This document shows, piece by piece, positions 29,023-40,147 of a stretch of DNA of 64,000 nucleotides. The translations under genes and the position numbers were made by a program. The DNA is taken from assembly GCA_902772985.1 (NCBI GenBank), contig CACYCP010000057.1:4643-68642 (forward strand). The letters run 5' to 3'. Within the stretch, counting starts at the first letter, position 1. Each line of letters opens with the position of its first letter. Source of the DNA: an uncultured Bacteroidia bacterium. Lineage in GTDB: Bacteria > Bacteroidota > Bacteroidia > Bacteroidales > UBA932. The notes beneath the pieces were generated by a model. The model worked only from the letters and a program-made list of their open reading frames with translations. It did no database searches and was not told the DNA's origin.

Positions 29023-29604
29023 ATGGATTATCTAAAGGATCTCAAATTCTATCCGGACTTTCCCATCAAGGGTGTAAATTTCGTGGATATCATTCCCCTG
29101 CTTCAGGATAAGGACATTTTCCGTAGCGTAGTTACAGACCTTGCGGCTATGTGCACCTGCTCGAACATCGCAGCTCCGGAGGCCCGAGGCTTCTTTTTCT
29201 CGGCCCCCATGCTCTTCGACAAGGACTGTGACATAAGGAATGTCATCCCCATCCGTAAAAAGGGAAAACTGCCGTTTTCCGAGGGAGACCTTATTCAGGT
29301 GGAAATAATGAAGGAATACGGCCCGGACCACGTGTATTTCCGTCGTTCGGACCTTGCAGCCGGCGCAAAGACGGGGGATACCATAGAGATATGCTTCTTC
29401 GACGACATCCTGGCCACCGGCGGCACCGCCAGGGGTATTGCCGAAAGCCTGAACTCACAGACGGTGAACGTGGATGGAAAAACCTATAAGGTGAAAGTCA
29501 AGGAATTCGTGTTCCTTGTAGAAATTGACGACCTTCCCGGGCGTGCCCGCCTTGACGGAGTTGCCCCGGTAAAATCCCTTATTCACGTCAGGGAAAACGA
29601 TTAA
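29023..29604 (+). CDS. apt: Adenine phosphoribosyltransferase
   Basis: PDFPIKGVNFVDI, EARGF, RKKGKLP, EYG, DDILATGGT. Confidence 0.88.
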   Translation: MDYLKDLKFYPDFPIKGVNFVDIIPLLQDKDIFRSVVTDLAAMCTCSNIAAPEARGFFFSAPMLFDKDCDIRNVIPIRKKGKLPFSEGDLIQVEIMKEYGPDHVYFRRSDLAAGAKTGDTIEICFFDDILATGGTARGIAESLNSQTVNVDGKTYKVKVKEFVFLVEIDDLPGRARLDGVAPVKSLIHVREND

Positions 29605-30098
29605 GGCTTGGGCCTTCCGTCCGAGGCTTTAAAGTCGAATTTGTCTCCGTGCCAGGTCCAGGAGAGGAGGGCGTCGCCGCTGCGGATTGACACCACCTGG
29701 CGGAAAATGCGTACTTCCTTGGCTTCTGCGGCCATTTTCTCTACAAGCTTCCACTCTCCGCTGCGGAGGGTGTAGATTTCGGCATTCAACATTGCGCCTT
29801 CCCTTCGGGCTACCATAAGCTCCGGAACGCCGTTCCCGCTGAAATCGTGGACGCCCACAATGGAGTCCCCTTCTCCGCTTGAAAGGAGGGTGCCGCCAAG
29901 TTTGACGTCGCCCGAGATAAGGGCGGCTTCCACATTCTTTCCTCCGGCCTGGAAAGTAAGGGTGCCTTCTTCCCCGAAAAAGTAACTGTCAAGTCCCAGG
30001 ACGAAGGTTTTGGATGCGTTGCTGGAATAGCTGCGAGTCTGTCCCGTAGCGCAAACGCCCCAAAATAGCGCGATAATGCTTAAAAGAAGATACCTCAT
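29601..30098 (-). CDS. Hypothetical exported protein
   Basis: Signal peptide, one DFSGNGVPEL (FG-GAP-like) motif, own -7 box. Confidence 0.7.
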   Translation of the reverse strand: MRYLLLSIIALFWGVCATGQTRSYSSNASKTFVLGLDSYFFGEEGTLTFQAGGKNVEAALISGDVKLGGTLLSSGEGDSIVGVHDFSGNGVPELMVARREGAMLNAEIYTLRSGEWKLVEKMAAEAKEVRIFRQVVSIRSGDALLSWTWHGDKFDFKASDGRPKP

Positions 30099-30149
30099 TT
30101 ATCGCAAAAATAAGAAAAAAAACGCTAACTTTGCAAAAATCTACCCCTT

Positions 30150-31628
30150 ATGTCATTTATTGAAGAAAGAATTTCCCAGGAAGGCCTTACTTTTGACGAT
30201 GTTTTGCTCATCCCGGCATACTCGCAAGTTCTTCCGCGGGAGGTAAGCCTCGCAACCCGCTTTTCCCGTAACATCAAGTTGAATATCCCCATCGTATCGG
30301 CCGCAATGGATACCGTGACCGAGGCGCCAATGGCAATCGCCCTTGCGCGTGAAGGCGGTATAGGCGTGATACACAAGAACATGAGCATCGCAGCCCAGGC
30401 GGCCGAGGTGCGCAAGGTCAAGCGTTCGGAAAACGGCATGATCAGCGATCCTGTCACCGTTAACCAGGACCAGACGGTGGGAGACGCCCTTCGCCTTATG
30501 AGCGAAAACCACATAGGCGGCATTCCTGTGACCGATGCCGACATGCACCTGGTCGGAATCGTCACCAACCGTGACGTGCGTTTCCAGGACGATGAAAGCG
30601 TGGCGGTCAGGGACGTGATGACTTCGGAAAACCTGATTACCATCCCCGAAACCCGCACTGACAGGGAGTACGTGAAGTCGGTCCTCCAGAAATTCAAGGT
30701 GGAAAAACTGCCCGTGGTCGATGCCGAAGGCAAGATTGTGGGCCTCATTACATTTAAGGACCTCATCAAGGAGCGTCTGCATCCGGCAGCTTGCAAGGAT
30801 GCCCGCGGCCGCCTTCGCGTGGCCGCCGGAATCGGCATAACCCCGGACGCAGTGGACCGCGTCGCCGCCCTGTATCAGGAGGGTGTCGATGCCGTCGTTC
30901 TGGATTCGGCCCACGGCCACAGCCGCGGTGTAATCGAGCTTCTGAAGAAGGTGAAATCGGCATTCCCGGAGCTTGACGTGGTGGTTGGAAACGTTGCCAC
31001 GGAGGATGGTGCCAGGGATCTTGTGAAAGCAGGCGCCGACGGCATAAAGGTGGGTATCGGCCCCGGTTCCATCTGCACCACCCGCATCGTCGCGGGCGTG
31101 GGTGTTCCCCAGCTGACGGCAATTTACAACGCCAGCCTTGGCATCAAGGGCACTGATGTCACTCTCATTGCCGATGGCGGTCTGCGCTATTCCGGCGACA
31201 TCGTGAAGGCGCTGGCGGCCGGCGGAGATTGCGTCATGTGCGGCTCAATGTTCGCCGGAACGGAGGAATCGCCCGGCGAGACCATCATCTACAACGGGCG
31301 TAAATTCAAGGCCTACAGGGGTATGGGCTCCATCGACGCCATGCTTGCCGGTTCCAAGGACCGCTATTTCCAGGACGACAAGGCCGAACTGAACAAGCTG
31401 GTTCCCGAAGGCATCGTAGGCCGCGTTCCCTTCAAAGGCTCCCTTTCCGAAACGGTTTACCAGCTGATCGGCGGACTGCGCTCCGGTATGGGTTATTGCG
31501 GTGCCGCCAACCTGGAAGAGCTGAAGAAGGCCAAATTCTCCAGGGTAACGGCAAGCGGCATGGCCGAAAGCCACCCTCACGACATCACCATCACTAAGGA
31601 AACACCTAACTATTCCCGAGGAGAATAA
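30150..31628 (+). CDS. guaB: IMP dehydrogenase
   Basis: [20 protein letters not shown] pair, [19 protein letters not shown]. Confidence 0.97.
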   Translation: MSFIEERISQEGLTFDDVLLIPAYSQVLPREVSLATRFSRNIKLNIPIVSAAMDTVTEAPMAIALAREGGIGVIHKNMSIAAQAAEVRKVKRSENGMISDPVTVNQDQTVGDALRLMSENHIGGIPVTDADMHLVGIVTNRDVRFQDDESVAVRDVMTSENLITIPETRTDREYVKSVLQKFKVEKLPVVDAEGKIVGLITFKDLIKERLHPAACKDARGRLRVAAGIGITPDAVDRVAALYQEGVDAVVLDSAHGHSRGVIELLKKVKSAFPELDVVVGNVATEDGARDLVKAGADGIKVGIGPGSICTTRIVAGVGVPQLTAIYNASLGIKGTDVTLIADGGLRYSGDIVKALAAGGDCVMCGSMFAGTEESPGETIIYNGRKFKAYRGMGSIDAMLAGSKDRYFQDDKAELNKLVPEGIVGRVPFKGSLSETVYQLIGGLRSGMGYCGAANLEELKKAKFSRVTASGMAESHPHDITITKETPNYSRGE

Positions 31629-31654
31629 TTTAAATTCAAAACACATATATAAAA

Positions 31655-32638
31655 ATGAGTACTGCAAACGTTCGTCCCGCTGACATGGAGCGCATTACCA
31701 CTCCCGCTCTGGCAAAAAAATTCATTGAAGAACAAGTTAAGGAATTGCGTGCCCAGATTGGCAGCAAGAAGGTATTACTGGCGCTGTCCGGGGGGGTTGA
31801 TTCCTCTGTGGTAGCGGCCCTGCTCATTAAAGCCGTGGGCAAGCAACTGGTTTCGGTCCATGTGAACCATGGTCTCCTTCGCAAGGGTGAGCCCGAGCAG
31901 GTGATCCGTGTTTTCCGGGACGAGCTGGATGCCAACCTGGTGTATGTCGATGCCACCGACCGCTTCCTGGACAAGCTTGCCGGCGTGGCCGATCCGGAGC
32001 AGAAACGCAAGATTATCGGCGCAGAATTCATCCGCGTATTCGAAGAAGAGGCCCGCAAACTGGAAGATATCAGCTTCCTGGCTCAGGGAACCATATATCC
32101 GGACATCCTGGAATCCGGCCCGGTGAAATCGCACCACAACGTGGGCGGCCTGCCCGAAGATTTGCAGTTCGAACTGGTAGAGCCCGTCAAGCTTCTGTTC
32201 AAGGACGAGGTTCGCGTTGTGGGAAAGGAACTTGGTCTGCCGGACAACATGGTTTTCCGTCAGCCCTTCCCCGGCCCCGGCCTGGGTGTCCGCTGCACCG
32301 GCGCCATCACCCGCGACCGTCTTGAGGCCCTTCGTGAAAGCGATGCCATCCTTCGCGAGGAATTCGCCAAAAATGGCCTGGAAGGCAAGGTGTGGCAGTA
32401 TTTCACCATCGTTCCGGACTACAAGTCCACCGGTGTGAAGGACGACAAGCGCAGTTGGGACTGGCCGGTTGTTATCCGTGCCGTCAACACCCGCGACGCC
32501 ATGACCGCCACCATCGAGGAAATCCCCTACAGCCTCCTGCACCACATCACCAAGCGCATTATCACCGAGGTTCCCGGCGTCAACCGTGTCCTCTACGACC
32601 TCACCCCCAAGCCCACCGGCACAATTGAATGGGAATAA
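31655..32638 (+). CDS. guaA: GMP synthase, ATP-pyrophosphatase and dimerisation domains only (no glutaminase domain)
   Basis: [49 protein letters not shown]; only 327 aa. Confidence 0.92.
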   Translation: MSTANVRPADMERITTPALAKKFIEEQVKELRAQIGSKKVLLALSGGVDSSVVAALLIKAVGKQLVSVHVNHGLLRKGEPEQVIRVFRDELDANLVYVDATDRFLDKLAGVADPEQKRKIIGAEFIRVFEEEARKLEDISFLAQGTIYPDILESGPVKSHHNVGGLPEDLQFELVEPVKLLFKDEVRVVGKELGLPDNMVFRQPFPGPGLGVRCTGAITRDRLEALRESDAILREEFAKNGLEGKVWQYFTIVPDYKSTGVKDDKRSWDWPVVIRAVNTRDAMTATIEEIPYSLLHHITKRIITEVPGVNRVLYDLTPKPTGTIEWE

Positions 32639-32642
32639 GAAT

Positions 32643-33590
32643 ATGAACGCAATAGTAAAAACAGATTTTCAGCTGCCTGGGCAGGTGGCTAAGTACACCG
32701 GAAAGGTGAGGGACGTCTATACCCTTGAAAACGGATATTTGGTAATGGTGGCAACGGACCGCATCTCGGCATTCGACGTGGTGCTGCCGAAGGGAATCCC
32801 TTACAAAGGACAGATTTTGAACCAGATAGCCTCCTCCTTCCTGGACCTTACGGCCGATATCCTGCCTAACTGGAAACTCTCCCAGGTGGACCCGATGGCA
32901 ACGCTGGGCCTGCTGTGCGAGCCCTACAAGGTGGAAATGGTGGTCCGCGGCTACCTGGCCGGACACGCCTGGCGTGAGTACAAGGCCGGCCGGCGCAGCC
33001 TTTGCGGCGTCATCCTCCCTGAAGGCTTGAAGGAAAACCAGAAACTTCCGCACCCCATCATAACTCCCACCACCAAGGCTGCCGAGGGTCACGACGAAGA
33101 CATTAGCCGCGAAGAAATCATAGCCCGCGGCATTGTCCCTGCCGACGAGTACGAGCAGCTGGAGCGCTACACCCTTGCCTTGTTCCAGAGGGGAACGGAG
33201 ATTGCCGCAAAAAGAGGCCTCATCCTGGTGGACACCAAGTATGAATTCGGCAAGAAGGACGGCGTCATAATGCTTATGGACGAAATCCACACCCCGGATT
33301 CCTCGCGCTATTTCTATGCCGATGGATACGAGGAGCGCCTTGCCCGCGGCGAGCGCCAGAAGCAGCTTTCCAAGGAATTCGTTCGCGAATGGCTTATGGC
33401 CGGCGGCTTCCAAGGTCTTGAGGGTCAGCAGGCTCCGGAAATGACCCCGGAGGTGGTGAACGGCATAACGGACCGCTATGTCGAACTTTACGAGCACATC
33501 ACCGGAGAGCCTTTCGTCCGCGAAGAATGCGACGACGTGCAGAAGCGTCTGCTTGACAACATTACCGAAGGCCTCAAAATAATCCAGTAA
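32643..33590 (+). CDS. purC: SAICAR synthetase
   Basis: [37 protein letters not shown]. Confidence 0.96.
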   Translation: MNAIVKTDFQLPGQVAKYTGKVRDVYTLENGYLVMVATDRISAFDVVLPKGIPYKGQILNQIASSFLDLTADILPNWKLSQVDPMATLGLLCEPYKVEMVVRGYLAGHAWREYKAGRRSLCGVILPEGLKENQKLPHPIITPTTKAAEGHDEDISREEIIARGIVPADEYEQLERYTLALFQRGTEIAAKRGLILVDTKYEFGKKDGVIMLMDEIHTPDSSRYFYADGYEERLARGERQKQLSKEFVREWLMAGGFQGLEGQQAPEMTPEVVNGITDRYVELYEHITGEPFVREECDDVQKRLLDNITEGLKIIQ

Positions 33591-33593
33591 AAG

Positions 33594-34886
33594 ATGATCG
33601 AGCGTTATTCAAGGAAGTTGATGCGGGATGTGTGGACCGAAGAAAACAAGTTCGGTGCATACCTGCAGGTGGAAATTCTCTCTTGCGAGGCCTGGAGCAA
33701 GCTGGGTGTGATTCCCGCGGAAGACGTGGAAAAAATACGCGCGAGTGCCCGCTTTGACGTGGAGCGCATAAAGGAGATAGAAGAACAAACCCGCCACGAC
33801 GTAGTGGCCTTCACACGCGCCGTGAGCGAAAGTTTGGGCGAGGAACGCAAGTGGGTGCATTACGGCCTCACCTCTACCGACGTGGTGGACACCGCCAACG
33901 GCTACCTTATAAAGCAGGCCGATGCCATCCTCCTCAAGGACCTTGAAGAATTCCTGGAAGTCCTGCGCCGGCGCGCCAAAGAATTCAAGGGCACCCCTTG
34001 CATCGGCCGAACCCATGGAATCCATGCCGATATCACCAGCTTCGGCCTGAAATGGGCCCTGTGGTTCGAAGAAATGAAGCGCAATATGGAACGCTTCAAA
34101 ATTGCCGCAGCTGGCGTCGAGGCCGGGAAAATGAGCGGCGCAGTGGGCAACTTCGCCAATATTCCGCCTTTCATCCAGGACTATGTGTGTGAAAAGCTGG
34201 GGATAGCCTCGGCCAATATTTCCACGCAGGTGCTGCAAAGGGACCGTCACGCCTATTATGTGGGTACTCTGGCGCTCATCGCCTCTACCCTGGAGCAGAT
34301 GGCCTTCGAAATCCGCAACCTCCAGCGTACCGAAGTCCGTGAGGTGGAAGAAGCCTTCGGCAAGGGGCAGAAAGGCTCCAGCGCCATGCCACACAAGCGC
34401 AATCCCATCAGCAGCGAAAACATATGCGGATGCGCCCGCGTAATGCGCGGCTATATGGCTACCGCCTACGAAAACGTAGCATTGTGGCACGAGAGGGACA
34501 TATCCCACTCCAGCACCGAGCGCATCATCCTCCCGGATGCCACCGAGCTCATGGACTATATGCTGACCCGTTTTAAGGGCATCCTGGAGAACCTTGTAGT
34601 ATATCCTGAAACGATGCTCGCGAATATCTACCGCACTCGCGGCGTCATCTTCGCCCAGCGGGTGATGAACGCCCTCATCGGCAAGGGTCTTTCCCGCGAA
34701 AAGGCCTATGATACCGTTCAGCCCATCGCAATGAAGGCATGGACGGAAGGCCTGGATTACCAGACTCTGCTAAAAGGGGCTGAAACGGTAACAGCTCTCC
34801 TGGCTCCTGAAGAACTGGAAGGCTGTTTTACCTTGGATTACTATTTCAAGAATGTAGATTACATTTTTGATAGGGTCGGAATCTAA
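33594..34886 (+). CDS. purB: Adenylosuccinate lyase
   Basis: [37 protein letters not shown]. Confidence 0.96.
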   Translation: MIERYSRKLMRDVWTEENKFGAYLQVEILSCEAWSKLGVIPAEDVEKIRASARFDVERIKEIEEQTRHDVVAFTRAVSESLGEERKWVHYGLTSTDVVDTANGYLIKQADAILLKDLEEFLEVLRRRAKEFKGTPCIGRTHGIHADITSFGLKWALWFEEMKRNMERFKIAAAGVEAGKMSGAVGNFANIPPFIQDYVCEKLGIASANISTQVLQRDRHAYYVGTLALIASTLEQMAFEIRNLQRTEVREVEEAFGKGQKGSSAMPHKRNPISSENICGCARVMRGYMATAYENVALWHERDISHSSTERIILPDATELMDYMLTRFKGILENLVVYPETMLANIYRTRGVIFAQRVMNALIGKGLSREKAYDTVQPIAMKAWTEGLDYQTLLKGAETVTALLAPEELEGCFTLDYYFKNVDYIFDRVGI

Positions 34887-34926
34887 GTCTAATTAGGGTT
34901 ACATAAGCAAGATTATAATTATCCCC

Positions 34927-36198
34927 CTATCTTACAACAGTGGCTTCCCGATCCGGCCCTACGGAAATGATACTTATCCTGCAGGCGGTTTCACTTTCAA
35001 TGAAAGCAACATAGTCCTTGAAGGCCTGTGGGAAGTCTTCGAAACGGCGGATACCTGAAAGCGGAGCCTTCCACCCCGGGAATTCTTTATATATAGGGGT
35101 GACGTTCACTCCCCCGTCGTAAGGGAAATTCTCGACATCGGCGCCATTTTCCTTATATGCCTCCGCCACTTTAATGGTGTCGAAATCGTCCAGGACATCC
35201 GATTTCATCATGATAAGGTCTGTAACACCGTTCATCATTACGGCATATTTCAGGGCAACCATGTCCAGCCAGCCGGTGCGGCGCGGCCGTCCGGTAGTGG
35301 CTCCGTACTCGTGTCCGATGCGGCGGAGCGTCTCTCCGTCCTCGTCAAAAAGTTCGGTAGGGAAAGGCCCGCTGCCAACCCTGGTGCAATAGGCTTTGAA
35401 AATGCCGAAGACCTTCCCCACACGGGTGGGCGCTACTCCAAGACCGGTGCACACTCCCGCCGTCAGTGTATTCGAAGACGTGACGAAAGGATAAGTGCCG
35501 AAATCTATGTCCAGAAGCGATCCCTGGGCACCCTCGGCCAGGATGGGCGTACCGGAGCAGATGGCCTCGTTCACATACACTTCGCTGTCGATGAAAGGGA
35601 AACGCTTCAGGCTTTCCACCGCCGTCATCCACTTCTTCTCATATTCTGTGATGTCGAAGTTGAAATCGTATTGCGACAGAAGGCCGAAATGCTTCTTCTT
35701 CAGAGCATTGTACTTATCGGCAAACTCCGGTGAAAGGATGTCTCCCACGCGGAGGCCGTTGCGTCCGGTCTTGTCCATATAGGTGGGGCCGATGCCTTTT
35801 AGCGTAGAGCCAATCTTGGATTTCCCTTTGGCGGCCTCGCTGGCGGCATCCAGCATCCGGTGGGTGGGGAGGATAAGGTGGGCACGCTTGGAGATGACCA
35901 GCTTCCCGCTGATATCACCTACCATTTTTTCGATGGATTCAATTTCTTCCAGCAGAATCACCGGGTCAATGACTACACCATTACCAATCACGTTCACCGT
36001 TCCTTCGCGGAAAATGCCGGACGGAACGGTATGAAGCACAAAATGGTCTTCGCCGAAAACCAGGGAATGGCCTGCGTTGGGTCCCCCCTGGAATCGTGCG
36101 ATAATCTTATAGGCAGGAGTGAGCACGTCAACAACCTTTCCTTTCCCTTCGTCACCCCACTGCAGGCCCAATACTACGTCAATTTTTCTTTCTTGCAT
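34927..36198 (-). CDS. purA: Adenylosuccinate synthetase
   Basis: GLQWGDEGKGK, GGPNAGH, EGAQG, GATTGRPRR. Confidence 0.97.
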   Translation of the reverse strand: MQERKIDVVLGLQWGDEGKGKVVDVLTPAYKIIARFQGGPNAGHSLVFGEDHFVLHTVPSGIFREGTVNVIGNGVVIDPVILLEEIESIEKMVGDISGKLVISKRAHLILPTHRMLDAASEAAKGKSKIGSTLKGIGPTYMDKTGRNGLRVGDILSPEFADKYNALKKKHFGLLSQYDFNFDITEYEKKWMTAVESLKRFPFIDSEVYVNEAICSGTPILAEGAQGSLLDIDFGTYPFVTSSNTLTAGVCTGLGVAPTRVGKVFGIFKAYCTRVGSGPFPTELFDEDGETLRRIGHEYGATTGRPRRTGWLDMVALKYAVMMNGVTDLIMMKSDVLDDFDTIKVAEAYKENGADVENFPYDGGVNVTPIYKEFPGWKAPLSGIRRFEDFPQAFKDYVAFIESETACRISIISVGPDREATVVR

Positions 36199-36201
36199 GA
36201 A

Positions 36202-36984
36202 TTAATATTTCTTTTCAATTTCGTCTTCTTTGTCTTCAATATAGTCCTGGAAGCTGTCACGCAGCCATTTGGGAATGCTGTTGTCCTTCTTAACCTTCTT
36301 TTCAATTTCCCAAAGCTGGTCTTCAACTCGCTTTGCGCCCTTCTTGTCTTTCTGGGAGAGCAGTTGTTCATATTTGGCCAGGAGGCCGTAAACTCCGTAT
36401 TGCTTGCAAAGCGAATCAAGGGTAAGGGGCTTCGGGGCCTCGGGTTTAGCCTTTTCTTCCGCTTTCTTTTGTGTCACGGCTACGGGTTTGGGCTCCGGTT
36501 CAGGCTCCTGGGCCTCCATATTAATGTTCATTCGGACATTCTTCACATTATTCAGAAGTTGCGTGGCCTCCTTGAAACTGAAATCCTTCTTGCCGTCCTT
36601 TCCTACGGAGAAGACGATTGTCTTTTCCACCGCTGGGCCGGCGTTAAAGACCGGAATAAGGTTGGGAAGGTCTTCGGCAAAGAGGGTGAAGCCGTCGCGA
36701 ACCCTCACGCCACGCTCGTCCATGGGGCTGAGGTCCATATCCAGCGTTTTCACGAGCAGTTCGGTTTCCTTCCTTACGGGAACCAGGGCTTCAATCTGCC
36801 ACTTGGTCTTGTCCTCCGGGTTCTGGTCCATGAAAAGCTTGACATCGGCACCCAGGCTGAAGGCCGAAAATGCGTTGCCGGCGAACTCTACATCCCTTTT
36901 CGGAATGTAAACTTCGGCTGGTTCCTTCTCGGAGCAGGCGATGGCCGCAAGGGCTGCAGCAACAAAGAATAATACCTTTTTCAT
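36202..36984 (-). CDS. Hypothetical lipoprotein
   Basis: MKKVLFFVAAALAAIAC lipobox; P/E linker; helical C-terminus. Confidence 0.78.
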   Translation of the reverse strand: MKKVLFFVAAALAAIACSEKEPAEVYIPKRDVEFAGNAFSAFSLGADVKLFMDQNPEDKTKWQIEALVPVRKETELLVKTLDMDLSPMDERGVRVRDGFTLFAEDLPNLIPVFNAGPAVEKTIVFSVGKDGKKDFSFKEATQLLNNVKNVRMNINMEAQEPEPEPKPVAVTQKKAEEKAKPEAPKPLTLDSLCKQYGVYGLLAKYEQLLSQKDKKGAKRVEDQLWEIEKKVKKDNSIPKWLRDSFQDYIEDKEDEIEKKY

Positions 36985-37092
36985 ATCGTTAAAATTTTCA
37001 ATTAATATGTGCAATTTATCCATTTGTAAAAATATTTACGAATTGCAACAGGAAAAATTTGAGAATAATTTTAACTGTAATACTTTCGCCAT

Positions 37093-37156
37093 ACGATCTC
37101 TCGCCTTATTTTTTCAACGGTGGTAAAAGACTTTCTTTTGCTGCCGTTGATTTTTA
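37093..37156 (+). ncRNA. Candidate ~60-nt orphan sRNA
   Basis: TTTG-N19-TACTTTCG promoter (37058-37088); 17-bp hairpin 37114-37150 that pairs fully only on + (three G-U pairs), then a T tract; both flanking genes are on the minus strand. Confidence 0.55.
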
Positions 37157-38533
37157 TTTTGCCATCGCCTTTTCAACGTCGTCGGGACTGATTGGAAGCC
37201 TTCCGGAACCCAGCCTTCTGGCTCCGTCGGCAGTAACCAGAACGTCGTCCTCAAGGCGGATTCCACCGAAGTCGTAATAACCTTCCAGGGCCTGGTAGTT
37301 CACAAAGTCACCTCCCAGTCCTTCGCGCTTGAACTTTTCAATGAGGGCGGGAATGAAGTAAATGCCCGGCTCGTCCGTTATCACGTATCCAGGAGCAAGA
37401 TGGCGGGCCATGCGCAGGGAGCCCAGGCCAAGCTGCCGGGCCCTTGTCTGGCCGGGTTCGTAACCCACCAGGTTCTCGCCCAGGTCTTCCATGTCGTGGA
37501 CGTCCAAGCCCATGTTATGGCCAAGGCCGTGGGGCTGGAACAGACCCGCAATGCCCGCTGCCACCATTTCGTCCAGGTCTCCCTTCACAAGGCCCAGGGC
37601 GCTAAGGCCTTCCAGCATCTTCCGGGCTGTGGCAAGGTGAACCTCGCGATATGTCACGCCAGGTTTTGTGAGGCTGAACGCAAGTTCGTTGCACTCAAAA
37701 ACAATTTGGTAGATTTCCCGCTGTTTGGTGGTGAATTTGCCCGAAGTGGGATAAGTACGGGTGAAATCCGACGCATAATGCATATTATTTTCAACTCCCG
37801 CGTCGATTACCATCAATTTCCCGGGTTCTATCACTTTATCGTGAAGGTGGTTGTGAAGGGTTTCCCCGTGCTGCGTGAGAATGGTGGGGAAAGAGGTCCC
37901 CCAGCCTTTTGCCAGCGCAATCCCCTCCATCAGACCTACGATTTCCTGTTCCACTATGCCGAGGCGTATGGCGTCGCGCGCCACCGAATGCATCTGGATT
38001 CCCAGGTCGCAAGCCTTGTCAATTTCCTGAATCTCGATATCCTCCTTAATGATCCTTAGGCCGATAACTGCCTTTGTAAGTGCTTCTGAAGGCGTCTTTC
38101 CGGGCAGAAGGGCCTCCAGCCTCATGGTGTTGTAATATCGGCTGGGAGGAAGGAAATGCACGTCCCTTCCGGCGGCTTTCTCCAGGCATTCTTCCAATTT
38201 TGAAAGGGGAGCGCTGTTTTTTACACCCACCGCCAAAGCCTTCTCCCTCACAGGAGTCTGCGGCCCCATCCAAATGATGTCGTCCAGTTCCACGTCATTC
38301 GCGAAAATGGTTTCCTCTCCGCTGTCAATGTCCAGGACGGCGGCATACAGGGGCTCGTCTATACCGAAAAAATACAGCCAGGAGCTTTCCTGACGCCATT
38401 TATAACAATTGTTTTTGTATTGTGCCGGAGCTTCGGCATTCCCGATGAAAAGGACCAGGCCGGATTGTCCTTCGCTTCTCATCTTCTCCAGCAGGGCAGC
38501 CCGGCGACGTACATAAACTTCTTTGGAAAACAT
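37154..38533 (-). CDS. pepP: Xaa-Pro aminopeptidase (M24B)
   Basis: IDAG, YASDFTRT, HGLGHNMGLDVHD, TDEPGIY, GIRLEDD. Confidence 0.92.
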   Translation of the reverse strand: MFSKEVYVRRRAALLEKMRSEGQSGLVLFIGNAEAPAQYKNNCYKWRQESSWLYFFGIDEPLYAAVLDIDSGEETIFANDVELDDIIWMGPQTPVREKALAVGVKNSAPLSKLEECLEKAAGRDVHFLPPSRYYNTMRLEALLPGKTPSEALTKAVIGLRIIKEDIEIQEIDKACDLGIQMHSVARDAIRLGIVEQEIVGLMEGIALAKGWGTSFPTILTQHGETLHNHLHDKVIEPGKLMVIDAGVENNMHYASDFTRTYPTSGKFTTKQREIYQIVFECNELAFSLTKPGVTYREVHLATARKMLEGLSALGLVKGDLDEMVAAGIAGLFQPHGLGHNMGLDVHDMEDLGENLVGYEPGQTRARQLGLGSLRMARHLAPGYVITDEPGIYFIPALIEKFKREGLGGDFVNYQALEGYYDFGGIRLEDDVLVTADGARRLGSGRLPISPDDVEKAMAK

Positions 38534-38614
38534 TTACAACTCAATTTTATTTTCGCACGCGAAAGTTTTTTAACTCTGTTTTGTTTCTCCAAATATAATG
38601 AATATTTTTGTGGT

Positions 38615-39109
38615 ATGGAAACATTCGTTGCAATCGTTGCCATTATTCTTGGCATTGTTGGTATAATTGGCAGTGTAGCTCCAGGCCTTCCGGGGCCTCC
38701 TCTCAGCTGGGTCGGTATTCTTGTCCTTTACATCTGGGGCAGTGGCACAAATGGCGCCGGAGATCCTGTGACCACCAAGTTCCTACTCATCTGGCTTGGA
38801 ATCGTAATCGTGGTAAGCCTGCTGGACTACTTTGTTCCTGCCTATTTCACCAAACTTACCGGCGGAAGCAAATACGGCGGCTGGGGTGCCATCGCCGGCC
38901 TTTTCATCGGCCTGATATATCCTCCCGTGGGAATGATTGCCGGCGCCCTCATAGGTGCTTTCATAGCCGAATTCCTTTTCGCGCACAAGGACACCGCCGC
39001 CTCCTTGAAATCGGCCTTCGGGGCATTCCTGGGCTTTATTTTCGGAACGGGTCTTAAGTTAATCACCGCAGCTGTTATGCTGTTTTATATTGTAATTTAC
39101 GCCTTCTAA
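38615..39109 (+). CDS. DUF456 membrane protein
   Basis: GSVAPGLPGPPL, GGSKYG, GAFIAE. Confidence 0.85.
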   Translation: METFVAIVAIILGIVGIIGSVAPGLPGPPLSWVGILVLYIWGSGTNGAGDPVTTKFLLIWLGIVIVVSLLDYFVPAYFTKLTGGSKYGGWGAIAGLFIGLIYPPVGMIAGALIGAFIAEFLFAHKDTAASLKSAFGAFLGFIFGTGLKLITAAVMLFYIVIYAF

Positions 39110-39112
39110 GCC

Positions 39113-40147
39113 ATGTATCAGCTTGCATCGGCATTTCCATTCATCGTCAGTCTGGTATGGGCAGTCTTCTACTTGCTGGAGTTCCGGCATGCTACGGAGG
39201 ACCGCCGCGCCCTGGCCATTTACGGACTTGCCTCAAGCTTGCTGTTTTTCTTTTATTACCTGCATTTCAACTCGTTGGAGATATTCCAGACCGAGGCTCT
39301 TCACGATTTCTGCAAAATGCTGGTCTTTCCGCTCCTGGCGTTCTACATCCGCCGGCTCACAAAAGGCAATATCCGCTGGGTGAACGTCCTTCCGGCCCTT
39401 ATTCCGGCGTTTGTCATAGGAATATGGTCAAAGGTCAACCCGGACAGCCGGATTCTCTCCAATGTTATTCTTTGGATGTTTCCCGTAATTGTCCTTTTGT
39501 CCATGGGGTATGGGATCCTTACACTTGTGCGTTTCCGCAGGAAGGTAGATAATTATTACTCGAATCCGGAAAACAAGCGTCTGGATTCCCTCTTTTACCT
39601 GATAGTCCTGTTCTTTATCTGTACAATTGCGGCTATCCTGTTCCATTTCATGGGCAAGTGGTACTATTGGGGCGATATTCGCCTGTGGATTCCTTCTATA
39701 GTGATTTCCGTCCTGCAATTCCTTGCCTTTTATATCGGAGACAAGACCGAGCTCCCGGAACAGGATGTCAGGGCTCCGGCGGAAACCATCTCCGGCGGGT
39801 TCAGTGAGGAGCAGATGCTTGCGATGATGGAGAAAATCGAGCAAACAATGCAGGAGAAGCAGCTTTTCCGAACAAAAGGCTTCACTATCGCCAATCTTGC
39901 CGAAGAGATAGGCTCGAACCGAACCTATGTTTCGATGTGCATCAATCAGTTCAGCGGCGGAAGTTTCTCGGAATACGTCAACAAAGCCCGCATCGAGTAT
40001 GCGATAAAGCTCATTCAGGAAAATCCCTCCCTCACTTTGAATGAGATTGCCGATGCCGCCGGCTTCAACGACCGCAGCACCTTCTATCGCGGTTTCATGA
40101 AAGTCACAGGCCAAACTCCATCGGCCTGGAAAGCCGCCCAGCAATAG
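39113..40147 (+). CDS. Membrane-anchored AraC-family regulator
   Basis: Several N-terminal TM helices; NRTYVS...FSEYVN...GFNDRSTFYRGF HTH. Confidence 0.88.
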   Translation: MYQLASAFPFIVSLVWAVFYLLEFRHATEDRRALAIYGLASSLLFFFYYLHFNSLEIFQTEALHDFCKMLVFPLLAFYIRRLTKGNIRWVNVLPALIPAFVIGIWSKVNPDSRILSNVILWMFPVIVLLSMGYGILTLVRFRRKVDNYYSNPENKRLDSLFYLIVLFFICTIAAILFHFMGKWYYWGDIRLWIPSIVISVLQFLAFYIGDKTELPEQDVRAPAETISGGFSEEQMLAMMEKIEQTMQEKQLFRTKGFTIANLAEEIGSNRTYVSMCINQFSGGSFSEYVNKARIEYAIKLIQENPSLTLNEIADAAGFNDRSTFYRGFMKVTGQTPSAWKAAQQ

